35,850 nucleotides of DNA from a virus (lineage: Duplodnaviria > Caudoviricetes). Under the pieces are notes generated by a model that saw only the letters and a list, made by a program, of their open reading frames with translations, did no database searches and was not told the DNA's origin. Shown here piece by piece: positions 7,952 to 16,363 of the stretch (position 1 is its first letter; each line of letters starts with the position of its first letter). The stretch is taken from positions 1 to 35,850 of the IMG/VR virus record IMGVR_UViG_3300033076_001164. The stretch is one strand, 5' to 3'. The translations under genes were made by a program, and so were the position numbers.

Positions 7952-8722
7952 ATGAACGACTACCAGAAAAGCAACGCCCTGTCCTACAGCGGCGCCAAGG
8001 AACTCCTCCGAAGCCCGGCCCATTACCAGGCGTGGCTCAAGGCCGAACAGGAGGACACCCCCGCCCTCCGCATGGGTCGCCTCGTCCACCTCGCCTCGCT
8101 GGAACCCATCGTCTTCGACGCCAAGGTACGCGTCCAGCCCGAGTGCGACCGCCGCACCAAGGAGGGCAAGGCCATCTACGAGGCCTTCGCCGCGACGCTC
8201 AAGCCCGACGAGGAGTGCATCAAGCAGTCCGAGATGGACGTCATCCTCGCGATCGCCGAGTCCGCCCAAGCTGGCATCGAGAAGGTCTGCACGGGCTCGA
8301 CGGCCGCCCGTCTCAAGGAGCAGCCCTTCTACGCCCGCCACATGGACACGGCGATCAAGGGCCGCCCCGACCTCGTCCTTGACGGTGAACTGGTGCTCGA
8401 CGTCAAGACCACGACGTCCGCGCTGGCCGAGGACTTCGCCCGCGACGTGTGGAAGTACCGCTACTTCCTGCAGGCGGCATGGTACCTGCGCCTGACCGGG
8501 GCCAAGCGGTTCTTCTTCGTGGCCGTGGAGAAGGAGCCGCCCTACGCCCATGCGATCTACGAACTCGACGAGGAGAGCATCGCCATCGGGCAGAAACTGA
8601 TGGACGGGGCGTGCGTGACCTTCCGCGAGTGCACCCTGTTCGGCCAATGGCCGTCCTTGCCTTCCGAGCCGCAGGTTTTGTCCTTGCCTAAGTGGGCCAA
8701 GTCCGCAAGCATCGACGTCTAA
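7952..8722 (+). CDS. PD-(D/E)XK exonuclease (RecE/exonuclease VIII, DUF3799-like)
   Basis: LSYSGAKELLRSPAHY, GRLVH, KGRPD, LDVKTT, YFLQAAWY, FVAVEKEPPY. Confidence 0.88.
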   Translation: MNDYQKSNALSYSGAKELLRSPAHYQAWLKAEQEDTPALRMGRLVHLASLEPIVFDAKVRVQPECDRRTKEGKAIYEAFAATLKPDEECIKQSEMDVILAIAESAQAGIEKVCTGSTAARLKEQPFYARHMDTAIKGRPDLVLDGELVLDVKTTTSALAEDFARDVWKYRYFLQAAWYLRLTGAKRFFFVAVEKEPPYAHAIYELDEESIAIGQKLMDGACVTFRECTLFGQWPSLPSEPQVLSLPKWAKSASIDV

Positions 8723-8747
8723 TCCTTCCACCAACCCAGAAAACATC

Positions 8748-9191
8748 ATGTCCCTACGATTCAATCCCAATCCCGAGAAGAACAAGTACGTCGCCAAGGC
8801 GGGCGTGTACGAGGCGAAGCTGCTGCGCTTCGAGGCCGCGTACACCTCCCAAGCCGAGTACTACGCCAAGCTGACGTTCCAGACCCGCGACGGCGAACTG
8901 GTCGGCGGCCTGCTGTCGGCCAAGGCTGACCGCAACGGCAACCACACCCGCCTGAACGACTTCGTCGCCTCGTCGGCGCTCGACTCCGAGATCAAGGAGT
9001 ACCTGGCGGCCGGCGACATCGAGGTGGACGAGTCCTTCATGGAGAAGGTGCTGCTCCGCGCCAAGGGTCGTTCCCTGCAGGTGGATGTGCGTGCCAAGAC
9101 GTACAAGAAGAAGGACGGTACGGAGGGGACGGGCTTCGAGGCCGTGTTCTTCGCCCGCCTCCCTTCTGGTCCGCAGGTTGACCCTTTCTGA
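8748..9191 (+). CDS. Putative ssDNA-binding protein (DUF669-like)
   Basis: AGVYEAKL N-terminus, acidic/aromatic C-terminal tip VDPF, position in the recombination module. Confidence 0.6.
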   Translation: MSLRFNPNPEKNKYVAKAGVYEAKLLRFEAAYTSQAEYYAKLTFQTRDGELVGGLLSAKADRNGNHTRLNDFVASSALDSEIKEYLAAGDIEVDESFMEKVLLRAKGRSLQVDVRAKTYKKKDGTEGTGFEAVFFARLPSGPQVDPF

Positions 9192-9212
9192 GGCTTTTCC
9201 TATCGTTGTTGC

Positions 9213-9238
9213 AGGGGGGCGAGTGCCCCCCTTTTTTT
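9213..9238 (+). terminator. Intrinsic terminator
   Basis: AGGGGGGC-GAGT-GCCCCCCT followed by a T run. Confidence 0.85.
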
Positions 9239-9242
9239 GTGC

Positions 9243-9270
9243 TTGCGTCGGAAGGGTGGTTGGGCAAACC
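9243..9270 (+). promoter_or_regulatory. Putative promoter for the helicase operon
   Basis: TTGCGT-16 bp-CAAACC immediately after the terminator. Confidence 0.45.
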
Positions 9271-9286
9271 TATGTATGCCACCGAT

Positions 9287-10717
9287 ATGAAACTCCGCGA
9301 TTACCAGGATGCCGCCGTCACCGCGGCCATCGACCACCTTGCCAAGGGAGTCAATCCGCTTGTCATCGCCCCTACGGGCGCCGGCAAGACCGTCATCGCT
9401 TCCGAGATTATCCGACGTTGGCAGGTCGCCAACCCCGGTAATCTCGCCGTGTTCGTGGCCCACCGCAAGGAACTCATCGACCAAGCACGAACCACCATCG
9501 AGCGGTTCGGCCTGTCCAACGTGAAGTGCCTGTCCGTCTTTGCCAGCGACTGGGACGTGTCCGAGGATGACCGCAAGACCGCGTTGGTCGTGTTCGACGA
9601 GGCACACCACGCCGTCGCCGCGTCATGGAACGCCTTCTCCGCGTCCTTCATCGGCCCCAAGGTCGCCGTGACCGCGACGCCCGATCGTGCCGACCGGCAG
9701 CGCCTTGAGGACGTCGGCTTCTCGCTGGCCTACCAGATTTCAATTCGCACGCTCATCGAGGCCGGCCACCTCGTCCGTCCGATGGCCTACAAGATGCCAG
9801 TGGAACTGTCCCCTGCGATCATCGGCGGGGCATACGAGCCCCAGGTCGTCGCCCTTGGTGAACTTCTCATCGCCGAGCTCAAGCGGTGGGAGCGCAAGCG
9901 GACCATCCTGTTCCTGCCCGACGTGGACTCCTGCCATCGGTTCGCCGAGGTGCTGACTCGCCTCGGGCTCAAGACCGCGTCCATCGAAGGCAAGATGCAC
10001 TCCTTCATCCGTTCCTCGGCCATCGAGCGGTTCAAGGCCGGCGAGCTCGATTGCCTGTGCAACGTCAACATCCTCACGGAAGGGTTCGACGCCCCGGAAA
10101 CCGATTGCGTGGTCATGTTCCGTCCGACCCAGTCCCGCGCCCTGTTCGCCCAGATGATCGGCCGCGGGCTGCGTACGGCTCCCGGCAAGACGGACTGCCT
10201 CATCCTAGACCCCATGTGGGTGGCGGGGGAGAACGTGTTCCAGCCCGCCGACGCCTTCACCCTGCACCCCAAGGCCAAGGGGAAGCAGAAGGAGGGTGGG
10301 TACGACCCCCTTTCGGAAGCCGAGATGGTGGACCAGGAAGCCGAGCAGGAGGTGATCCGTCGCATCATCGCTGAGGCGTCCAAGGCCGAGGCCAAGGAGG
10401 CCCGCGAGAAGGGGCTTGTGGACCTGTCCACGGCCATTTCCTGCTTCGGGTATGTCCTGCCCGCCGACGAGGCCGGCGAGCCCGCCACGCCCCAGCAGCG
10501 GGCGACCCTTGAGCGTTTCAAGGTCCATGCCTCCGTGGGGATGACTTCCCTGCAGGCCGACTGGATGATCCGCAAGATGCACCAGCGGCAGGCCTTGGGG
10601 CTGGCGACCATCAAGCAGGTCCGCAAACTGATGCAGTTCGGCGTGCGGAACGCTTGCTCCTTGACCTTTCAGCAAGCATCCTCGACAATCGGCAAAGATT
10701 GGAGGATGAAGCGATAA
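9287..10717 (+). CDS. Superfamily 2 (DEAH) helicase
   Basis: MKLRDYQ, APTGAGKT, HRKEL, DEAHH, TATPDR, LTEGFDAP, RPTQS, QMIGRGLR; start at 9287 or 9272. Confidence 0.95.
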   Translation: MKLRDYQDAAVTAAIDHLAKGVNPLVIAPTGAGKTVIASEIIRRWQVANPGNLAVFVAHRKELIDQARTTIERFGLSNVKCLSVFASDWDVSEDDRKTALVVFDEAHHAVAASWNAFSASFIGPKVAVTATPDRADRQRLEDVGFSLAYQISIRTLIEAGHLVRPMAYKMPVELSPAIIGGAYEPQVVALGELLIAELKRWERKRTILFLPDVDSCHRFAEVLTRLGLKTASIEGKMHSFIRSSAIERFKAGELDCLCNVNILTEGFDAPETDCVVMFRPTQSRALFAQMIGRGLRTAPGKTDCLILDPMWVAGENVFQPADAFTLHPKAKGKQKEGGYDPLSEAEMVDQEAEQEVIRRIIAEASKAEAKEAREKGLVDLSTAISCFGYVLPADEAGEPATPQQRATLERFKVHASVGMTSLQADWMIRKMHQRQALGLATIKQVRKLMQFGVRNACSLTFQQASSTIGKDWRMKR

Positions 10718-10724
10718 TCTCCCT

Positions 10725-11051
10725 ATGAGCAGCCAATATCCCATCCACGGCGCCTTGGCGACCGCCGAATATTCCCAGACCGTCCAGGAGCGCGCCAAGT
10801 CGCTCGGCATGAGCGTGGCCAAGGTCTTGTCGTTGATGAACGTCGGATACGGCGAACCGCCGGCCGGCGTGACGCACAAGGAGCGCATCATGGGCAACCC
10901 GAACCGCAACCTGATGAAGGCCACGAACACGTGGTACCTGCTGTACTACGAGGGCAACGTCCGCAAGCACCGCAAGCTGTCCAAGGACTTGGAGGAGGCC
11001 CGCAGGATGCGGGATGAGTTCTTCTCCGAGATCGGCTACTACAACCGATGA
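10725..11051 (+). CDS. Hypothetical protein with AP2/integrase-arm-like C-terminal domain
   Basis: NPNRNL..TNTWYL....RKHRKLSKDLEEARRMRDEF resembles a 3-strand-plus-helix DNA-binding fold. Confidence 0.55.
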   Translation: MSSQYPIHGALATAEYSQTVQERAKSLGMSVAKVLSLMNVGYGEPPAGVTHKERIMGNPNRNLMKATNTWYLLYYEGNVRKHRKLSKDLEEARRMRDEFFSEIGYYNR

Positions 11052-11200
11052 GCGACTACACCCCGCAGGAGTTGGCCGAGATCATCTCGGCGTACCGCTA
11101 CCAGTTGAAGCAGGAGCGCGACCGCGTAGCGGCCTTGGAGTCGACGATGGCCAAACTGTACGCCCGCATCGCGGAACTTGAGAAGAAGAACAATGCGTAA
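11048..11200 (+). CDS. Small coiled-coil protein (50 aa)
   Basis: Hand-translated MSDYTPQELAEII...RIAELEKKNNA; ATGA coupling. Confidence 0.65.
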   Translation: MSDYTPQELAEIISAYRYQLKQERDRVAALESTMAKLYARIAELEKKNNA

Positions 11201-11456
11201 GCCCCCCTTGAAGCTGACCGAGTACGTCAGCAAGATGCCCCGACGCTGCCACGCCCTGCTGGTCATCCTGGACGGCGGCAAGGTCGAGAACCCGGAGTTC
11301 GTATGCTATCGCCGCGAGGGCGACACGGACGAGGCCTTCTCGACAAGGTTCGCCAAGTGGAAGCGCTCGGTCCTGCCGACGCTCAAGCGGTCCAACGTGG
11401 AGTTCTGGGAACTGCACAACGGCGAGCTCACCAACGTCAACCTGCTCAACCGATGA
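11193..11456 (+). CDS. Hypothetical protein (MRKPPLKLTE...)
   Basis: Overlapping start; typical codon usage. Confidence 0.7.
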   Translation: MRKPPLKLTEYVSKMPRRCHALLVILDGGKVENPEFVCYRREGDTDEAFSTRFAKWKRSVLPTLKRSNVEFWELHNGELTNVNLLNR

Positions 11457-11650
11457 AGAAGGAAAAGGTTTCCGGGCTGACCTCGCTCCGCGTCAAGATG
11501 GGGCTGGCCATCGGTCGGAACATCCACGTCTCGTTCTCCCCGAAGGAGTGCCTTCGGATCATGCTTTCCATCGATGCGATCAATCCCAAACCCCCGAAAG
11601 CGAAGCGTCCGGCGTACGAAGACGAAATCCCCTCCCGTCTCCGCGGTTAA
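11453..11650 (+). CDS. Hypothetical basic protein (MKKEKVSG...)
   Basis: ATGA coupling. Confidence 0.6.
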   Translation: MKKEKVSGLTSLRVKMGLAIGRNIHVSFSPKECLRIMLSIDAINPKPPKAKRPAYEDEIPSRLRG

Positions 11651-12365
11651 CATCGTGCGGCCTTGGCGCCGCTTCGTGGCCGTAGGGTGTTCCCACGGCA
11701 TCTACGCGGACCCGAAGGCCATCGCCGCGGTGTTGAAGTGGATCGACGTCTACAACCCCCACGAGCGCATCCACCTTGGGGACTTCACGGATATGTCGGC
11801 GTTTATGGGGGGGTCGGACGGCGAAGGCGACCCCGTGAAACCTGACCTTGCCACGGGGGTGGCCTTCCTGGAAAGCATGAAGGCCACGCAAATCCTCTGC
11901 GGGAACCATGAGGCGCGTTTGTGGCGTGACCGTAGGAGCAACAACCAGTTGCGGGCTATGGCAGCGGAAGTGGCCATCGAGGCTATTGAGGCGACGGCCT
12001 TGAAGCTGCACGCTCAACTGTACCCCTACACGGGGGTCTGGCAGGCGTATCGGTTGGCCAACTTCATCTTCACCCACGGGACCATCTACAACGAGAACTC
12101 CTGCCGCGACATGGCCGAGACGTACGGCAACGTCATCTTCGCCCACACGCACAAGGCCAGCATCCAGTCTGGGCGCACCTTCCGAAAGTCCATTGGCATC
12201 TCGGTCGGGACGCTTACGACCAGGGGGGCTATGGAATACGCCAACACCCGCAAGTCGACGCTTGCGTGGTCGCAGGGGTTCGCCTTCGGGGAGTACTGCG
12301 AGACGGAACTGCACCCGCAATTGCACGTCCACGACGGGGGGGACCAATGGAAACTCCCGCTGTAA
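11574..12365 (+). CDS. Calcineurin-like metallophosphoesterase
   Basis: GCSHG, HLGDFTD, GNHE, THG, AHTH motifs; start uncertain. Confidence 0.85.
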   Translation: MRSIPNPRKRSVRRTKTKSPPVSAVNIVRPWRRFVAVGCSHGIYADPKAIAAVLKWIDVYNPHERIHLGDFTDMSAFMGGSDGEGDPVKPDLATGVAFLESMKATQILCGNHEARLWRDRRSNNQLRAMAAEVAIEAIEATALKLHAQLYPYTGVWQAYRLANFIFTHGTIYNENSCRDMAETYGNVIFAHTHKASIQSGRTFRKSIGISVGTLTTRGAMEYANTRKSTLAWSQGFAFGEYCETELHPQLHVHDGGDQWKLPL

Positions 12366-12589
12366 AGGCCCAGCGGTTGCTGGAGCAACTGTACCGCGTC
12401 AGGCAGGGCCAGGAGGACAAGGTGCCGAAGGGCTTCATGTCCATTGCCGAGTTCCAGAAGCATTGGAAACTGGAACGATCGCAGACCCGCTTGAACGTGA
12501 TGAAACTGATGAAGGCCGGCCAACTAAAGGAAGTGACGCTGCGCCGTTTCGTCGGCGGGAAAATCTGCGTCGTGAAATATTACGGTTGA
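12347..12589 (+). CDS. Small putative winged-HTH protein (METPAVK...)
   Basis: VPKGFMSIAEFQKHWKLERSQT..KLMKAG pattern. Confidence 0.6.
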   Translation: METPAVKAQRLLEQLYRVRQGQEDKVPKGFMSIAEFQKHWKLERSQTRLNVMKLMKAGQLKEVTLRRFVGGKICVVKYYG

Positions 12590-12613
12590 CGGTGTAAGGA
12601 TTGGGGGCAAAGT
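12586..12613 (+). promoter_or_regulatory. Putative promoter for primase-helicase
   Basis: TTGACG-16 bp-CAAAGT, 12 nt before ATG12626. Confidence 0.55.
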
Positions 12614-12625
12614 CCGAGCGCCACC

Positions 12626-14620
12626 ATGACATTACAAGACCGCATCACGGGAGCCCGTGCCTACCTTGCCAAACTGCCTCCGGCAGTATCCGGGCAGGGG
12701 GGGCATCCCTCCACCTACCGGGCCGCGTCCATCCTCGCCAACGGCTTCGACCTCGGCTACGACGAGGCGTGGGGACTCCTCAACGAGTGGAACGTCTCCC
12801 ATTGTTCGCCCCCGTGGTCCGAGAAGGAACTCCGGCACAAGCTGAACGACGCCTACGTCAAGACCCATGAGCGGCCCCGCGGTTATCTCGCCAAGGGCAA
12901 GGAGCGCCGCGTCGGGGCCAACGGCCGGCTCATCTTCGACCCCAAGGCCGTCGCCGAGATCGTCCAGGCGTCCACGCCCCTATGCACGGCCGACGTGCTC
13001 ATCAACTGCTTCAAGGACGAGGACGTGATCTGCATCACCAACGAGGCCGGCCAGACCGAGGACGGCAAGTGGTACCCGGCGTCGAAGGGCATTTTCCTCA
13101 AGCGCTCGGAGTGGTTGGCCCGGTTCTTCGGCCCCGACGCCAAATCGGCCAAGCACTTCAAGGATACGGAGCAGGGGGCGTGGGTCCGCATCAACCCGTT
13201 CACGGAAGGCGACCTGTCCGGCACCGACGCTTCCGTGTCGTCCTTCCGTCACGTCCTCGTCGAGTTCGACAACAAGAGCCGCGACGAGCAGATCGCCATC
13301 TTCCAGCAGTCCAACCTGCCCATTTCCCTGCTGGTGGACTCGGGCGGCAAGTCGGTCCACGCCTGGGTAAAGGTGGACGCCGCCGACCGAGCACAATGGG
13401 AGGAGCGCCGCAACCGCATCTACGAGTACCTCGCCGACCATGAACCCGACCCGCAGAACAAGAACCCGTCCCGCTGGTCCCGCTTGGGCGGCATCATGCG
13501 CGGAGACAAGGAGCAGCGCATCCTGGGGTTCAACTTCGGGGCTTCGGACTGGGATGACTTCCTTGCGTGGTCGGAGGGCCAGGACGTGCCGGCCGACGTG
13601 TCCTTCGACAGCTTGGCGGCCTTCGACTTGGTCAACGACCCCAACACCTTGATCGGGAACGGCCGCTGGCTCCAGAAGTCGGGGACGCTCCTCATCACGG
13701 CCCAGTCGGGCATCGGCAAGTCCTCCTTCGTGATGCAGATGGCCCTGTCGTGGTCCACGGGTCGGGAACTGTTCGGCATCCCGCCGCGCCGCCCCCTACG
13801 CATCGGCATCTTCCAGTCCGAAGGGGACGAGGGAGACATGGCCGAGTCGTTCCAGGGCATCTACTCGTCGATGGCGTTGACGGCGGCCGAACACGCGGTG
13901 TGCGCCGGCAACCTCAAGTTCTTCATCGAGTCGTCCAAGATGGGCAAGGACTTCATCGATATGGTCCGCAAGGTGATTGTCCGGCACAAGCTGGAGGTCG
14001 TGGTGCTCGATCCATTGTCGGCGTTCCTCGGGGACGACGTGAACGACGGCAACGCGGTGAACAACTGGTGCCGAGCCCTTCTGGACCCGATGCTCAAGGA
14101 GACGGGTTGCGCGGCGATCCTTGTCCACCACGAAGGAAAGCCGAAGGCCAAGGAGGTCACGGACGGCCAGACCTTCTCTGACCTCATGTACAGCGGTACG
14201 GGGTCCAGCCATATGGTGAACTACGTCCGAGCCGTCCTCAACATTCGACGGGAGTCCAAGGACAAGCCCATCTTCTCGTTCAACCTCACGAAGCGCGGGG
14301 AGAAGGCGGGGATGAGGATGCCCGACGGCAAGCCGACGCTTTCGATCAAGCTCAAGCACTCGGACCACAAGGTGTTCTGGGAGGTGGCGCCCTTGGTGCC
14401 GGCCTTGGAACTTTTGAAGGTAGGCCAGCAGTACGCGTACTATGCGACGAAGCCCCGCCTGTCGCGGAAGGCCTTGCTGGACGAACTGACCGGGGAGCAC
14501 GGTTTGCAGTTGCCCCAGGCCGAGGCCTTGGTGAAGGCGATGGTGACCAACGGGATCATGCGGCCGCGGAAAGTGGGGGCCGCCCTGTACTACGAAGGGA
14601 CGAAGGTTAACGCGGAATGA
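12626..14620 (+). CDS. Primase-helicase fusion (PriCT-like + RepB'-type AEP primase + AAA_25/RepA helicase)
   Basis: WN..CSPPWSEKELRHK; HVLVEFD, DSGGKSVHAW; Walker A AQSGIGKS, Walker B VVLDPL, LVHHEGK. Confidence 0.9.
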   Translation: MTLQDRITGARAYLAKLPPAVSGQGGHPSTYRAASILANGFDLGYDEAWGLLNEWNVSHCSPPWSEKELRHKLNDAYVKTHERPRGYLAKGKERRVGANGRLIFDPKAVAEIVQASTPLCTADVLINCFKDEDVICITNEAGQTEDGKWYPASKGIFLKRSEWLARFFGPDAKSAKHFKDTEQGAWVRINPFTEGDLSGTDASVSSFRHVLVEFDNKSRDEQIAIFQQSNLPISLLVDSGGKSVHAWVKVDAADRAQWEERRNRIYEYLADHEPDPQNKNPSRWSRLGGIMRGDKEQRILGFNFGASDWDDFLAWSEGQDVPADVSFDSLAAFDLVNDPNTLIGNGRWLQKSGTLLITAQSGIGKSSFVMQMALSWSTGRELFGIPPRRPLRIGIFQSEGDEGDMAESFQGIYSSMALTAAEHAVCAGNLKFFIESSKMGKDFIDMVRKVIVRHKLEVVVLDPLSAFLGDDVNDGNAVNNWCRALLDPMLKETGCAAILVHHEGKPKAKEVTDGQTFSDLMYSGTGSSHMVNYVRAVLNIRRESKDKPIFSFNLTKRGEKAGMRMPDGKPTLSIKLKHSDHKVFWEVAPLVPALELLKVGQQYAYYATKPRLSRKALLDELTGEHGLQLPQAEALVKAMVTNGIMRPRKVGAALYYEGTKVNAE

Positions 14621-14625
14621 TTTAG

Positions 14626-14721
14626 GGGGGCTTGGCAGAGTGGACTAATGCGGCGCCCTAGGCGCGTCCCCTAAACCGTGGCCACGGATGGGGATCGGGG
14701 GTTCAAATCCCCCAGCCCCCA
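14626..14721 (+). ncRNA. tRNA-like RNA 2 (class II scaffold, anticodon loop collapsed to CUA triloop, long bulged variable arm)
   Basis: Acceptor GGGGGCT/AGCCCCC + A; canonical D arm TGGCAGAGTGGACTAATGCG; T arm GGGGG-TTCAAAT-CCCCC; GCGCC-CTA-GGCGC; TCCCC-TAAA-CCGT-GGCC-ACGG-AT-GGGGA. Confidence 0.85.
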
Positions 14722-14730
14722 CAAAATCGT

Positions 14731-15051
14731 TTAGGAGGCCTTTTGTTTCCAAATCCGTAGGCAGGTAGCCACCCCCACGCCAAAACAGCCCACGGCCAAC
14801 GCCAGACCCAAATCCCGGCACGCCTGCAAGCCAAGGGTGGCCGCCGACAGGTTCTTTTCGAGGTTCTTGTCGTCGGACTTGGTCCCCGCATCGGTAATCA
14901 ACATCACCATCGCGTTGGTGTCCTGGAACGAGTCGAGGACGAAGGACGACAGCAGGTACACCCCGACAGCCCCGATGAAGGTGCAGGCCATCAGGCCGAT
15001 GCACGCCCAAAGAAGGTTAGCGTCGCCGCTTGGCTGGTTTGCCTTTGCCAT
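14731..15051 (-). CDS. Two-TM membrane protein (lysis cassette)
   Basis: Two hydrophobic segments; last gene of the late operon. Confidence 0.7.
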   Translation of the reverse strand: MAKANQPSGDANLLWACIGLMACTFIGAVGVYLLSSFVLDSFQDTNAMVMLITDAGTKSDDKNLEKNLSAATLGLQACRDLGLALAVGCFGVGVATCLRIWKQKAS

Positions 15052-15388
15052 TGGATTTGGAGGTCACCTTTGCCACCTCCGACTCCCCCTTGGCCTTTAT
15101 CCACCTAAGAAGGAAATCCAGACATTCTGGGGCGGCGTACGCGGTTGCCCCGACGGCGGCGATCTGGAGCGAATGGTTGGTGATGTAGTCTTTGGTGCCG
15201 TAGTTGACGAGGACGGCCACGATGGACGCGGCGCTGACCCGACGGATGGCCCAGCCGACGGTGACGGGTTCCGTGGACAGAAGCAGTCGGGCTGTCATGG
15301 CCAACCCCCCTAGGACGGAAGCGATGGCCCCGTCCTTGACCATCGCCTGGGTCTGTTCCGAGTCGAATGAGGGAGGGGTCGGGCTCAT
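15017..15388 (-). CDS. Putative holin
   Basis: Three hydrophobic segments, strongly basic C-tail (KGKPAKRRR). Confidence 0.6.
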   Translation of the reverse strand: MSPTPPSFDSEQTQAMVKDGAIASVLGGLAMTARLLLSTEPVTVGWAIRRVSAASIVAVLVNYGTKDYITNHSLQIAAVGATAYAAPECLDFLLRWIKAKGESEVAKVTSKSNGKGKPAKRRR

Positions 15389-15645
15389 TTCACCTTACGG
15401 TATCCTTGGCGCCATAGGCACTCGACGACGTAGCCAGTGAGTTGACGGACCTTGCGTTCGGACAGGCCGTCGAAATCGGCGACGTGCAGGGCCTCATGGA
15501 CCACGGTGTTCATCCTTGAGCGGGGGGAACAATGGTCGGGGTGGATGTAGACGATGTAGGAGGTTTCGTTGACCTCCTTGGTGTCGCCGAGCTTGCCGCC
15601 ATCAAGGGGCGTCTCGATGATCTTTATTTTCTTCTTGAGGGACAT
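15385..15645 (-). CDS. Small HExxH zincin-like protein
   Basis: NTVVHEALH motif with downstream E; ATGA coupling. Confidence 0.65.
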   Translation of the reverse strand: MSLKKKIKIIETPLDGGKLGDTKEVNETSYIVYIHPDHCSPRSRMNTVVHEALHVADFDGLSERKVRQLTGYVVECLWRQGYRKVK

Positions 15646-16360
15646 CGAGGGGGGTGGGGGGGGTCTTTCTGGACTTAATGTACCAAATAGACCAAAATAC
15701 GATAGTGCTTAAAACGGTAATGCCGACGGCGGGCACGAAGTAGGGGGAGGCGAACAGGTAGGGCAGACCGGCGATGCAGGAACCCACCGCAAATGCCCCC
15801 AGAGCGCGGATGTACTGTCCGAGGATGGCCAGACCAAGGGCGGCAAGGAAACAGGCTCCAGCGGCCACGGTGAAGGCGTTGCGGATGCCCTCGGTGCGGA
15901 CACGCTCAATCTCGCCCTTCAACGCCTCAATCTGCTTATTTGCGTTGTTTAGGGCAACCATGTTTGCCTTGGCGTCGGCCTCGGCCTTCTCCCAGCCCTT
16001 GTCTATGACCGCCAGCAGCTTTGCCCCGGCTTCCATCGCTCGCTTATACTCGGCTGGGTCGTTGCGACGGACCCGCTCCGAGATGTAGGCGAGGTTGTGC
16101 GGATCGGGAGGGGGGAGATAGGAGGCGACCACGGCGAGTTCACGCTCCACCGTCTCGGGCTTACCTGCGGCGTTGGCGTTCCGGGCGACCTGCACCCCTG
16201 CGGATACTCGGGCGTCGGCCTTGTCGATTTGGTCGCCGACCTTGGCGAAGTTGTCGACTGGAGGCGTTGCCGTCCCTGTGCCTTCCGTCGAACCCGTGGT
16301 GGCGCACGCCGTGAGGAACAGGCAGACCAGCGCGACCTTGGCGAGTTCGAGGGACCGCAT
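15602..16360 (-). CDS. Lipoprotein with coiled coil and C-terminal TM segments (spanin-like)
   Basis: Lipobox LTA-C at residue 19; coiled coil LNNANKQIEALKGEIERVR; about 3 C-terminal TM helices. Confidence 0.6.
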   Translation of the reverse strand: MRSLELAKVALVCLFLTACATTGSTEGTGTATPPVDNFAKVGDQIDKADARVSAGVQVARNANAAGKPETVERELAVVASYLPPPDPHNLAYISERVRRNDPAEYKRAMEAGAKLLAVIDKGWEKAEADAKANMVALNNANKQIEALKGEIERVRTEGIRNAFTVAAGACFLAALGLAILGQYIRALGAFAVGSCIAGLPYLFASPYFVPAVGITVLSTIVFWSIWYIKSRKTPPTPLDVPQEENKDHRDAP

Positions 16361-16363
16361 GGA

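Noticed and set aside
5059-8845. Long antisense ORFs (e.g. 5059-6015, 7667-8845) and similar shadow ORFs elsewhere
   Set aside because: Shadow frames of GC3-biased genes, with no recognisable motifs
10725-11051. Integrase/lysogeny module
   Set aside because: Only an arm/AP2-like fragment; no tyrosine or serine recombinase catalytic domain or repressor recognised
14626-14721. tmRNA or a standard functional tRNA
   Set aside because: No G3:U70 pair or tag reading frame for tmRNA; no 7-nt anticodon loop with U33 for a normal tRNA
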